This document shows, piece by piece, positions 8,026 through 17,062 of a stretch of 64,000 bases of DNA (within the stretch, counting starts at the first letter, position 1; each line of letters begins with the position of its first letter). The position numbers and the translations under genes were made by a program. The notes beneath the pieces are model-generated. The model made no database searches and had not been told where the DNA came from. It was given only the letters and a program-made list of their open reading frames with translations. The stretch comes from Nitrosopumilus sp. (GTDB lineage: Archaea > Thermoproteota > Nitrososphaeria > Nitrososphaerales > Nitrosopumilaceae). The stretch is from contig OZ250186.1 of assembly GCA_965238275.1 (NCBI GenBank), positions 640,001-704,000 of the forward strand. The letters run 5' to 3'.

Positions 8026-8696
8026 CGCTGCCTCAGATATCTTGTCCTGTCCGTAATGCCTGCATCCTCAAATGCAGCCTTTCTGTTGTTGCACGACTCG
8101 CAGACCCCGCAATGAAACCTCTTGTCTGCGTAGCAGCTCCACGTCTTGAAGATCAGATCCCCCAAGGCATCTGCTCCGGCTCTTAACAGATCGCTCTTTG
8201 AGAGGCCGTGTCTGTAGGGTGACCATATCTCAATCTTGTTGTGCAGCCCGGATCTGATTCCGTCGATCTCGCCCTGGTTGAACGCCGCCTCGATCTTTTC
8301 TGTGAACGCCGGTCTGCAGTCCGGGTAGTGACTGTCTCCGGTGTGCGCACCGTATCCGACTAGGGAGGCGCCAATGGCATATGCCCATGCCGAGGCAATT
8401 GAGAGGAATATCGCGTTTCTGATTGGGACTACAATCGAATACTCAAATCTTCCAGGTATGTCCTTGGTGCCTGTCAGGACATTTGCATCCCCGTACAGCT
8501 CCTTCATAAAGCCAATATCGACTACCTTGTGCTGTTTGAATCCGAGTCGCTTGGCAAAGGTTCCTGCCACGGTTACCTCCCTGTCTGCCCTCTGTCCGTA
8601 CGAAAAACTGATCCCGTACAGCTCGTATCTTGGCTTGAGAAGCAGCGCGGTGCACACCGAATCCAAACCCCCGCTGAAAACAATGACTGCCTTCAT
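8022..8696 (-). CDS. queC: 7-cyano-7-deazaguanine synthase
   Basis: FSGGLDS PP-loop, VPIRN, YPDCR, CGVCESC. Confidence 0.95.
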   Translation of the reverse strand: MKAVIVFSGGLDSVCTALLLKPRYELYGISFSYGQRADREVTVAGTFAKRLGFKQHKVVDIGFMKELYGDANVLTGTKDIPGRFEYSIVVPIRNAIFLSIASAWAYAIGASLVGYGAHTGDSHYPDCRPAFTEKIEAAFNQGEIDGIRSGLHNKIEIWSPYRHGLSKSDLLRAGADALGDLIFKTWSCYADKRFHCGVCESCNNRKAAFEDAGITDRTRYLRQR

Positions 8697-8712
8697 TGGA
8701 TCCAGTCCGGCA

Positions 8713-9630
8713 TCATCCCTTGCGTGCAGCGCCCCTGGCCGGCCTGCATATGATCGTCTGTGACTCCGTGCCGGCGGTCCTGAACCCCTCTGACATGGCC
8801 GTTCCGATCCCCTCTAGATCCGCCGTGTCGTCTGTGAATGCTATTACTGAAGGCCCAGCGCCGCTGATCGTAACGCCAAACGCCCCTGCCTTTAGGGCGT
8901 TGTGTTTGACTTGGGAGAACCCTGGAATCATGTGCTGCCTTGCAGGCTCGACTATCACATCCCTGACCGAGCTCCCGATTAGATGCGGATCCCTTCTCAT
9001 AAACCCGGCCACCATACCTGCCGCATTTGACAGGTTTAGGATGCTGTCTGAGAGGCTGACCCTCTTTGGAAGCACTCCCCTTGAGACCTTGGTCTTCTTT
9101 TCAGGAACCTTGAGTCTTGGAACCGCCACACACATCCTGAGCTTTGACGGCGGCGTTATCCTGATTACGTCCAGGGGATCGGTCCTTACAATCACGAATC
9201 CCCCCAGAACCGAGGCTGCAACGTTGTCATAGTGTACGGAACCTGCACTTGCCTTCTCCCCGGAACCTGCAAGCTCCACCAGGGAGTTTCCATCAAGATT
9301 CAGTCCAAACAGCCTGTCAAATGCCACGGCCGCCGCCGCCGCCGATGCCGCGCTGCTCCCCATTCCAAACCCTGCCGGTACCCCCTTGTTGATCCTGATC
9401 TCCACACCGCCACCGATCTCAAACCTTTCTGCCATGTTCTTGACTACCAGTCCCGCCGTGTTTCTGGCAGGCTCCGCAGGAATGTCATCATCTGTAACTA
9501 TCGTGATTCCGTCTCCGGTCTCAGTCAGGGTTACCGTGTCGTAAAACGCGTCCATTGCCAGTCCGAACACATCAAAACCCGGTCCTAGGTTCGCAGTCGA
9601 TGACGGGGACCTCACAGTCACTGATGCCAT
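8713..9630 (-). CDS. thrB: Homoserine kinase
   Basis: PSSTANLGPGFD, PAGFGMGSSAAS, HYDNVAA, ISGAGPS. Confidence 0.95.
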   Translation of the reverse strand: MASVTVRSPSSTANLGPGFDVFGLAMDAFYDTVTLTETGDGITIVTDDDIPAEPARNTAGLVVKNMAERFEIGGGVEIRINKGVPAGFGMGSSAASAAAAAVAFDRLFGLNLDGNSLVELAGSGEKASAGSVHYDNVAASVLGGFVIVRTDPLDVIRITPPSKLRMCVAVPRLKVPEKKTKVSRGVLPKRVSLSDSILNLSNAAGMVAGFMRRDPHLIGSSVRDVIVEPARQHMIPGFSQVKHNALKAGAFGVTISGAGPSVIAFTDDTADLEGIGTAMSEGFRTAGTESQTIICRPARGAARKG

Positions 9631-10389
9631 CTAGTCTTCCACCTCCTCCCCAAGGTTGAGTATCCTGCTCAGGGCGCTCTCAAGGTTGACAAGGCCCTCT
9701 TCTGTAGTATTGGAGATTGGAATCAGCCCCTGTGCAAACCCGCCCAAGTTCAGGCCGCGCAGAATGTTTATGGTAAGCGTGTAGGTCTCCCCGTCAGCCT
9801 CCCTGGACACTGCTCCCTCCAGCGCCGCCAGGCTTGTGGACCATCCGAGAATCTCCCTTAGCCGGCCCCCTATGAGATCCGTCTTTGTTATTATGTTGAC
9901 TGTGGGCAGATTCAGTCGTAGTCTTATTGACGTTGCAAGCAGCGCAATTGAGATAAAGTTTACAGGAGTGGTAATCAGAGCGCCATCAAACAGAAAGATG
10001 CTGGCCTTCTCATCAGATACGATGCTGTCCACAAGAAAACTCCCGCTGGAGCGGTATGCAGACAGTTCAATCTGGCCCGGCGTGTCTATGATGAGGTAGT
10101 CCGGATTTACCCCGTCGATCTCCCTTTGTATGTCATCGATCCTTGATGCAAGCAGATCGCTTGCCATTATCAGGGCACCGTTGGGACCTAGTTCATACTG
10201 CTGCATTATGCTCGTCATATCCACATAGTCCCTGGCATCTACATCACACGTGTATGGCAGGCTCTCCACGCCGGGATCCAGGTTCAGGACTGCTGCAAAC
10301 GCCCCGTTCCTCCTGTAGTGGTCGCACAGTTTTGATGTGAGCAGTGATTTTCCTGCGCCGGCAGTGCCCAATACAAAGATCGACTTCAA
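9631..10389 (-). CDS. GPN-loop GTPase
   Basis: GTAGAGKS, NLDPG, LGPNG, DTPGQIE, TKTD; likely TTG start at 10389. Confidence 0.92.
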   Translation of the reverse strand: MKSIFVLGTAGAGKSLLTSKLCDHYRRNGAFAAVLNLDPGVESLPYTCDVDARDYVDMTSIMQQYELGPNGALIMASDLLASRIDDIQREIDGVNPDYLIIDTPGQIELSAYRSSGSFLVDSIVSDEKASIFLFDGALITTPVNFISIALLATSIRLRLNLPTVNIITKTDLIGGRLREILGWSTSLAALEGAVSREADGETYTLTINILRGLNLGGFAQGLIPISNTTEEGLVNLESALSRILNLGEEVED

Positions 10390-10621
10390 CGGTATGATCA
10401 CTGCCTGCCCGTATTTCAAACTAGCTTGGCCCCTCACATGGGAGACAGGAAATGACGTCTGTCTTGGAACCCCTACACAGAATCATGCTCTGTTCTCTTG
10501 CAACCTGTAGGGGAATCCATTGCACATACACCATGTCCGTGGGGGTAATGGCGAATACAGGCATCAAACCTGCAAATACCTCTACCAACTTTCATATTTG
10601 ATTCCCAAAGCACACTCTTAC

Positions 10622-11638
10622 ATGAACTGGAGACTCGTCGTGATCCCCGTGACATTGATTCCAATTATGATCATTGCCATCACCTTTGATATCAAACCGG
10701 AGGACGTTCTGGCCATCGGGATTGTTCCATTTGCAGGCGCAGTAGCTGCCATGATGATAAAACTGGGCCTTCAGGGGGTCAAGTTTGCCTACATTACAAG
10801 ACGGTATGCGGGCAGCATCGATTCTGTCCTAAAGCTGAGCGGGGTTCGGGTAGGAAGCGAGTTCATCAAATTCACTACTCCGATGTTTATCGGGGCGGAG
10901 TTTATTGTAATCTATTATCTGCACAAAAAGGGCGTAAAGCCGTCCAAGGCCACATGGATAGCCATGATGGATATCGCCACCGAGGTGCTTGCAGGAGGAA
11001 TACTGTCCATGATCGCAGGAGTGATTGCATTGCTGCACGGGGCATACGCTGTAGGCATAGTCATTATGGCCACCAGCATTACTGTGACATCCCTGTGGAT
11101 GATAGTGTTCTTCCTGTCCTCCAAGCGTACATTCCAGGTTCCCGGCGTCCTGGCAAACCTTGCCCAAAGGTTTGGGAAGGAGAAGGTCAACAGATACATC
11201 GACAAGACCAACATGTGGATGGCCGAGATGTGTGAGATAAGCAGAAAGAACCTCAGGACATCTGAATCCAAAAGGGTCTTTACCGTGTCATTTCTGCTCT
11301 CGCTTGCGTCGTGGATATTCTATGGGATCTCGTTCCTGGTGATCGCACTCGGGGCCGGATACGCGATAGGAATCTTTGACTCTGTAATGGCAGTCATGGG
11401 TGCCAACGCCATCGGAAACCTGCCGATCACGGTGGGCGGGGCGGGCCTGGCCGAGTTTGGAATCGTGGCATACCTGAACAACCTGAACCCCTTTGACTTT
11501 GATCTCTCACAGGCTGGCCTTGAATGGGATGCCGTAATAGGGTGGAGGATTGCAACATACTACGTGCCGATTCTCATTACCTGGTTGCTTCTGGTAAAGC
11601 TGGCCCTGAGCAGGATATCCAGTACGCAGACTGCATAG
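10622..11638 (+). CDS. UPF0104 / lysylphosphatidylglycerol-synthase TM-region (flippase-like) membrane protein
   Basis: Multi-TM; TPMFIGAE, LPITVGGAGLAE, WRIATYY. Confidence 0.85.
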   Translation: MNWRLVVIPVTLIPIMIIAITFDIKPEDVLAIGIVPFAGAVAAMMIKLGLQGVKFAYITRRYAGSIDSVLKLSGVRVGSEFIKFTTPMFIGAEFIVIYYLHKKGVKPSKATWIAMMDIATEVLAGGILSMIAGVIALLHGAYAVGIVIMATSITVTSLWMIVFFLSSKRTFQVPGVLANLAQRFGKEKVNRYIDKTNMWMAEMCEISRKNLRTSESKRVFTVSFLLSLASWIFYGISFLVIALGAGYAIGIFDSVMAVMGANAIGNLPITVGGAGLAEFGIVAYLNNLNPFDFDLSQAGLEWDAVIGWRIATYYVPILITWLLLVKLALSRISSTQTA

Positions 11639-11665
11639 AGGCAGCCTAACACATGATTGTGGGTT

Positions 11666-12631
11666 CTATTTGAGGAACAGCGCCCCGTACTCTTTTGTCC
11701 ACGGGGACCACTCGTCTTCAGGGCGACAGTTTTCGATATTCTGAATGACTCCCTTGACCTTGGCATCCAGATTGTCGATATGGTGCAGTGCCACGGCCTC
11801 CGGGAATCTTGGAACTACAGGGGATGCCCACTCCAGCTTTCCGTGGTGGCTTAGTATCATGTGGAGGATCTTCATGGCCAAGTTCTCTGGAAACGAATCC
11901 AGTCTTCCTATTCTCCAGGCGATCATGTTGTATCCCATGGGGATGTGTCCAAGCAGGCTTCCCTTCGTGGTGTAGGTGATGCCGGTGCTTGCCTCCAACT
12001 CCTCCACCTTTCCGATATCGTGAAGAATGCATCCGCATACAAGCAGATCGCAGTCCAGTCTGCGATGGGATTGGGCCGCCATTTTGGCAAACCCGATCAT
12101 GCTGAGTACGTGCTCCAAGAGTCCGCCGATATAGTTGTGGTGGTTTGATTTGGCGGCAGGCGTCTTGGCATATCTGTCCAAAAAGTCCTCGTCATCAAAC
12201 ATATCCTTCAACAATGTCCTGATGTCCGTGTTGCCCATATCGTTAATGATATCCCGAAGCTCCCCCTTCATCTCTCCTATGTCTCTTGGCGCCGTCTTGA
12301 GAAGATCGCCTGGTTCAAAATCATCCGTCTTTGAGATTCCTCCCTGTTTGGGAGTAACTGAGATCTGTAACTTGCCCTGATAACTGCTGACGTTTCCGGA
12401 GACCCGTATGACATCCAGTTCGTCAAAGGAGGAATGAATCTGCCTTATCTGACCCTCGTTCTCATTTCCCCAGTACCTGAGTTCGGCTTCTCCTGTTCGG
12501 TCTCCCAACCTAACCCCAAAATAGAACCCCTCCTTGTTCTTGTATTTTTGAATGGACTCCTTCTTGGTTACAGCAAAGTAGGATTCTGCAGAACCCCCGT
12601 CCTTCAGATCCGTGACATACTGCTTTGCCAT
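11666..12631 (-). CDS. yhaM: YhaM-like 3'-5' exoribonuclease (OB-fold plus HD domain)
   Basis: LGDRTG OB-fold; PAAKSNHHNYIGGLLEH; LHDIGK; ILSHHG; PEAVALHHIDNLDAK. Confidence 0.88.
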   Translation of the reverse strand: MAKQYVTDLKDGGSAESYFAVTKKESIQKYKNKEGFYFGVRLGDRTGEAELRYWGNENEGQIRQIHSSFDELDVIRVSGNVSSYQGKLQISVTPKQGGISKTDDFEPGDLLKTAPRDIGEMKGELRDIINDMGNTDIRTLLKDMFDDEDFLDRYAKTPAAKSNHHNYIGGLLEHVLSMIGFAKMAAQSHRRLDCDLLVCGCILHDIGKVEELEASTGITYTTKGSLLGHIPMGYNMIAWRIGRLDSFPENLAMKILHMILSHHGKLEWASPVVPRFPEAVALHHIDNLDAKVKGVIQNIENCRPEDEWSPWTKEYGALFLK

Positions 12632-12694
12632 GAGGCTGGTTCATACTCCCTGTTTATCATAGTATCGTTGTTCTCTTGATGGTCTGCAGGCCTG

Positions 12695-12784
12695 AGACAT
12701 AATCCGTAATAGGCAGTTTTGGGTCATTTCGTGCCTAGCATCTATTCCCACTTTGTGCCTAACGACTAATTACGGATTACGTCT
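12695..12784. mobile_element. 90-bp MITE, copy 2
   Basis: Exact reverse complement of 3116-3205; CTG duplicated at 12692-94 and 12785-87. Confidence 0.92.
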
Positions 12785-12786
12785 CT

Positions 12787-13217
12787 GGTTCTGTATCCTG
12801 ACAGGATACGCCGGCGGGATATGGATAACCATTATATGAACTGGATGCCGCCGTCACAGAAAAGCACAAGGATCAGATCAACTGTGTGCAATCATGGACA
12901 GGAATGAAGAAAAACCGGCCAAGCAGAAATCGCGGCTAAAGATAACGCACGCCCAAAACGATGCCAGGTACGTGGAGATGGGCAAGCTGCTCCACCTGCA
13001 AAAGGATCCCGGCTCTGACGGAGAACTGGATCGCATGAACGCAAACAAGAACGGGCGCCCATACCAGTACCCGGACGTGGCCGTGATGGCAATTGCAGGA
13101 ATACGCTCAATCTACGGCACCCTGTCGTACCGAATGTGTCAGGGGATGGCCATGTCGGCACTTGGCCAAGAGGACGCCCCAGACCACGTCACACTGTGGA
13201 GAAGGATACGCGGCATG
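12787..13217 (+). mobile_element. Truncated IS5-family remnant (left end plus 5' part of transposase)
   Basis: NKNGRPYQYPD...LSYRMCQG...APDHVTLWRRI resembles the N-terminus of the 39158-40318 transposase; end GGTTCTGTATCCT resembles its TIR ACTCTGTTTCCT. Confidence 0.7.
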
Positions 13218-13811
13218 TTGCCGATGACTCCTTCTGAGGATGAGCAGCGACTGGCAGAACTACTAGCCGAGACTGAGGCATTCAAGTACTCCCCGGACAA
13301 ACCATTTCAGCTGGCCGCAGGCGGAACAAGCATGTACTATTTTGATCTAAGGCTTCTAAACGGCCATCCTGAGGGAGTCAACACCGTAGCCTGTGTGCTT
13401 TACGATCGCATCAGGAGGCTGGGTGCCCAGTCAATCGGCGGCTTGGAGGCAGGTTCCATTCCAATTGCGACTGCTGTCTCGCAGCTGAGCTATCTGGAAA
13501 ACAAAAGGGATCCGTCAAACCCCCTGCTGGAGTCATTCTATGTGCGCAAGAGGCCCAAGGAACACGGAACTAGGAAGATGATCGAGGGAAGAATTTCGTC
13601 ACCCGTGGTGGTGGTTGATGATGTAATTACCAGCGGCAAGTCTGCCATAACGGCCATGGACGCAGTAAGGGCCGCAGGGTATGACTGCAGATGTCTTCTA
13701 TCCATAGTGTTTCGGGGAACCCAACAGGATCTTAAAAGGATCGAAGGGCACGGCGCATTTGAGTCCGTCTTCACTGCAGATCAGCTGATAGGCCGGTTCA
13801 AGGAACCCTGA
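12894..13811 (+). CDS. pyrE: Orotate phosphoribosyltransferase with in-frame N-terminal IS5 transposase fragment (PyrE proper from ATG 13224)
   Basis: FQLAAGGTSMYYFDLR, GGLEAGSIPIA, VRKRPKEHG, VVVVDDVITSG PRPP motif. Confidence 0.85.
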   Translation: MDRNEEKPAKQKSRLKITHAQNDARYVEMGKLLHLQKDPGSDGELDRMNANKNGRPYQYPDVAVMAIAGIRSIYGTLSYRMCQGMAMSALGQEDAPDHVTLWRRIRGMLPMTPSEDEQRLAELLAETEAFKYSPDKPFQLAAGGTSMYYFDLRLLNGHPEGVNTVACVLYDRIRRLGAQSIGGLEAGSIPIATAVSQLSYLENKRDPSNPLLESFYVRKRPKEHGTRKMIEGRISSPVVVVDDVITSGKSAITAMDAVRAAGYDCRCLLSIVFRGTQQDLKRIEGHGAFESVFTADQLIGRFKEP

Positions 13812-13930
13812 ACTGCAACCTGATGCAGAGAAGATCCGCACCTACTAGGCGATGCCACGTCAAAAGATCATCTGCATGTACAGGCACCCCAATCGAAACT
13901 ACTTTATCCAAAAAACACCCCACCTGATCT

Positions 13931-14731
13931 GTGGATTTCCAAGGTAAGACTGTCCTGATTACCGGCGCATCTTCTGGCATCGGCAGGGAGGCGGCCGTCA
14001 GGTTTGCAAAACACGGTGCCAGTCTGGTTCTGGTTGCAAGAAGGGCGAACCTGCTTGAGCAGCTTGCAGAAGATCTGGAAAAGCTTAATGCAACGACGCT
14101 TGTCTGCAGGTGTGATGTCTCCAAGAGGGGGGAGGTGCAGGACATGGTCAGTACTGCCCTTGAGAGATTCGGTTCGGTTGATATCCTGGTGAACAACGCC
14201 GGATTTGCAGTGTACGGTTCGGTAAGCGATCTCTCCATTGGAGACATAGAGTCTCAGATGGAGACAAACTATCTCGGAATGATCTACTGCATAAAGAACC
14301 TTCTTCCGTCCATGATACAAAACGGCTCCGGCCACATAGTAAATGTGGCATCCGTTGCGGCAAGCTTTGGCCTTCCGGGGATCGCCCCGTACTGTGCTAC
14401 AAAGCACGCGATGCTGGGATTCTCAGAGGGCCTCAAACATGAGCTGCAAGACACCGGAGTCGGCGTTACCGTGGTTAGTCCGATAATGGTACGGACCAGC
14501 TTCTTTGACCATCCGTCCTTTGAGGGGATGCCCAAATACTCCCCGACATCACTAAGTCCTGGGGACGTGGCAGGGGCGATCCTGAGGGCTGCAGATTCGC
14601 CCCGGCTTGAGATCATAGTCCCCTCGGCCGTAAGGGTCGCAGTATGGCTCAAGCACACATTCCCCTACATCATAAATCCTATTCTTGGAAGATTCTTCAA
14701 AAGGCAGATGGATCGCGCAAGACCGAACTGA
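13931..14731 (+). CDS. Short-chain dehydrogenase/reductase
   Basis: TGASSGIG, NNAG, YCATK. Confidence 0.92.
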   Translation: MDFQGKTVLITGASSGIGREAAVRFAKHGASLVLVARRANLLEQLAEDLEKLNATTLVCRCDVSKRGEVQDMVSTALERFGSVDILVNNAGFAVYGSVSDLSIGDIESQMETNYLGMIYCIKNLLPSMIQNGSGHIVNVASVAASFGLPGIAPYCATKHAMLGFSEGLKHELQDTGVGVTVVSPIMVRTSFFDHPSFEGMPKYSPTSLSPGDVAGAILRAADSPRLEIIVPSAVRVAVWLKHTFPYIINPILGRFFKRQMDRARPN

Positions 14732-15109
14732 TTACTCTTCTGGAATCTCTGAACTTACGTCCAGCAGCTCCAACGACCTGAGTTCAAACCGGTATATGGC
14801 AGCCATGTCGATCTCTTTTTCCTCCTTGAGATACTCTGAGACCTTGCCGTTCAGAGGCGCCTTGTACTGGTCAAAGACGAACTCATAGACGATCCCCTTC
14901 TCAAGATTCTTTATCCCTTCTGGCAGATCCATCGTGACTATGTGCCTTCCATCCTCTACAGACTCGTACAGCTGCACATCCATCTTGCCGTCTGCATCGT
15001 ACATCTCCAAAATGTATCCTGTGTGTTTTTGCTCCGTAGGACTGCCAAACTCGGCATTTTGAATATCCTCTGAAACCCATTCTGGGATCTCGTCCTTCTT
15101 TTTTACCAT
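14732..15109 (-). CDS. Conserved hypothetical acidic protein
   Basis: MVKKKDEIPEWVSEDIQNA...; tightly packed with neighbours. Confidence 0.75.
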   Translation of the reverse strand: MVKKKDEIPEWVSEDIQNAEFGSPTEQKHTGYILEMYDADGKMDVQLYESVEDGRHIVTMDLPEGIKNLEKGIVYEFVFDQYKAPLNGKVSEYLKEEKEIDMAAIYRFELRSLELLDVSSEIPEE

Positions 15110-15110
15110 G

Positions 15111-15431
15111 CTATACTCTATCCTGATAATTCTGTTTCTCTTTCTTGCTCTTCTGCCACCAGTCAAGGTAGTCGTCCTGTCTGTCCTGACGCGTCTTCTC
15201 CCTCTGGTTCAGCCTGTACCTGATGTCCGATACCTGCTCCCTTGTCGCGTAAAGACCGCACCTCCTACAGATGAAGTGCTTTGTGGCCACGTCAATCTTC
15301 ATCGGAATGTCAATCTCATCAAACAGTTTGTACAGATCATCCTTGCTCCTGTCCTCTTCGGAAACCTGTGCCTCGTACCGTTCCTGGATCTTCTTTCTCT
15401 CCCTTGCAGAACATTCCGGACAGTTGGTCAC
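15111..15431 (-). CDS. Small CxxC...CxxC zinc-binding hypothetical protein
   Basis: CPEC and CRRCG motifs. Confidence 0.75.
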   Translation of the reverse strand: MTNCPECSARERKKIQERYEAQVSEEDRSKDDLYKLFDEIDIPMKIDVATKHFICRRCGLYATREQVSDIRYRLNQREKTRQDRQDDYLDWWQKSKKEKQNYQDRV

Positions 15432-15798
15432 TGTCTGTTTGGGTTAATTTTTTCCATAAAAGCCTTACCACGCCGGCATTTTGCCCACACACGATCCTGT
15501 TATCTTGGAAAGTTTCTGAGAACCGCATAGCCGTGCCGTTTTGCATTCTCGTGGTGCCACCTTGTATCATCTGCAAAATTCACATCCAGCACGTTCGACG
15601 ACCTGTCAAACGCCACCATACGAGTCTTCTGTTTACGTAAAACCTCCTTTGCCATGGCTGATTGGCATGGCACACTAATGCACAAACTAACTTGCATCTG
15701 ACACGCGGATTTCCCCTTTCATTCATCATCCCTTGCGGTCCGTTCGCCCATCGAACATCCCGCGTGCCAGACAAAAAACATCTCACAGGGGCGGCATT

Positions 15799-17040
15799 TT
15801 ATCTCTTCTCTTCAAGGGCCTGCGAGGCAATCTTGGCGGTATTCCGGGCCCCTCCGGCAACAAAATTTTTTGAAAACTCGGCCAGGTTCTCCTCAAAGAC
15901 GTTATAGTCTTCCTTGATCCTGGTAATTGCCCTGACCACCTGCTTTGTCTTTGTGGCCAGCACCCCGAGATTTCTCTCGTCTGCCCACCTGATGTTGTTG
16001 GTGTGCTCGTCATATACCGGAATTCCTATGATCGGTTTTGACTTTCCGCCCATTATCTCCCCCATCACCGTGTGCGATCCGTTGACGACGGCATACCTGC
16101 ACAGGTTTAGAACCGTATCCTTCTCCTGTTCTGAGAGGAACCCAATGTCCATCTGTATCCAGTCTATCTTCCTGTCCAGAGCCTCCCGGACAGTATGCCT
16201 TCTCCCGTCCCTTCCAATGACTGACTCTATTCCCGGTTCATCCCTTGCATGCGATATGATCCTCTTCTCGTCTTTCATCTCGTCTTGGGCAAACACCTCC
16301 TCGTACCTCTCACCTGTTCCATCGTTTGTAGACTTGTTTCCGGTACGCATCCAGTACCCAAACTCCTCGCCCCTGACCAGCTTCTCAATGTCAGACTCTC
16401 CGGTTCTCCTGATCTTGCCGCCGTCTGTAAAATGTCCCACATACTCTACCTTGCCTCTTGCCTCGTCTGTTAAATTCAGGTTGTACTCGCACATGGTGTA
16501 CGGCGGCGGCGAGTCTGCCACAAGAATTCGTGAGGCCTTGGCAATCTGTCTTGCAACAAACAACAGCGACGGATAAAGATACGATCTGGTGCTGTACAGC
16601 CTGGGCCTGAACTGGTTTGTGATGAACAGGCACGGTATGTTCCTGTTTCTTGCCAGAATGTTTGAGCCCACGTCGCCGTCGTTGATGACCAGATCAAACT
16701 TCTCAGCATCATACAGTTTTCTCTCCTCCCTGAGGTAGCTTACAACCTGCCTGACCAGCGAGGGATTCTTTGAAACCGGCAGCAGTAGATTTGCCAGCGA
16801 CATTGAGACGCTCGGACCCAGCCGTCCGTCGATGGGGGTGGGCATTAGTATCTCATGGATCCTGTCTGCCTTGTCCGGAAACCTCTTTTGCAGCTTTTCA
16901 TACACGTGTTCCTTGCTTGAAAAGTGAACGTCAGGCTCTTTTATGTAGTCGCCAAGCACATCGTTTAGCCTCATCATTCTGGAGTAGTGGCCGCTTCCCC
17001 ATGGGTAGATGAACTCTCCTATCTTGGGCACAACATCCAA
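15799..17040 (-). CDS. GT-B glycosyltransferase (GT28/MurG-like)
   Basis: WGSGHYSR N-terminal motif; VVNGSHTVMGE...IPVYDEH C-terminal motif. Confidence 0.8.
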   Translation of the reverse strand: MDVVPKIGEFIYPWGSGHYSRMMRLNDVLGDYIKEPDVHFSSKEHVYEKLQKRFPDKADRIHEILMPTPIDGRLGPSVSMSLANLLLPVSKNPSLVRQVVSYLREERKLYDAEKFDLVINDGDVGSNILARNRNIPCLFITNQFRPRLYSTRSYLYPSLLFVARQIAKASRILVADSPPPYTMCEYNLNLTDEARGKVEYVGHFTDGGKIRRTGESDIEKLVRGEEFGYWMRTGNKSTNDGTGERYEEVFAQDEMKDEKRIISHARDEPGIESVIGRDGRRHTVREALDRKIDWIQMDIGFLSEQEKDTVLNLCRYAVVNGSHTVMGEIMGGKSKPIIGIPVYDEHTNNIRWADERNLGVLATKTKQVVRAITRIKEDYNVFEENLAEFSKNFVAGGARNTAKIASQALEEKR

Positions 17041-17062
17041 TCATGTGCGCCCGTTTAAATTC

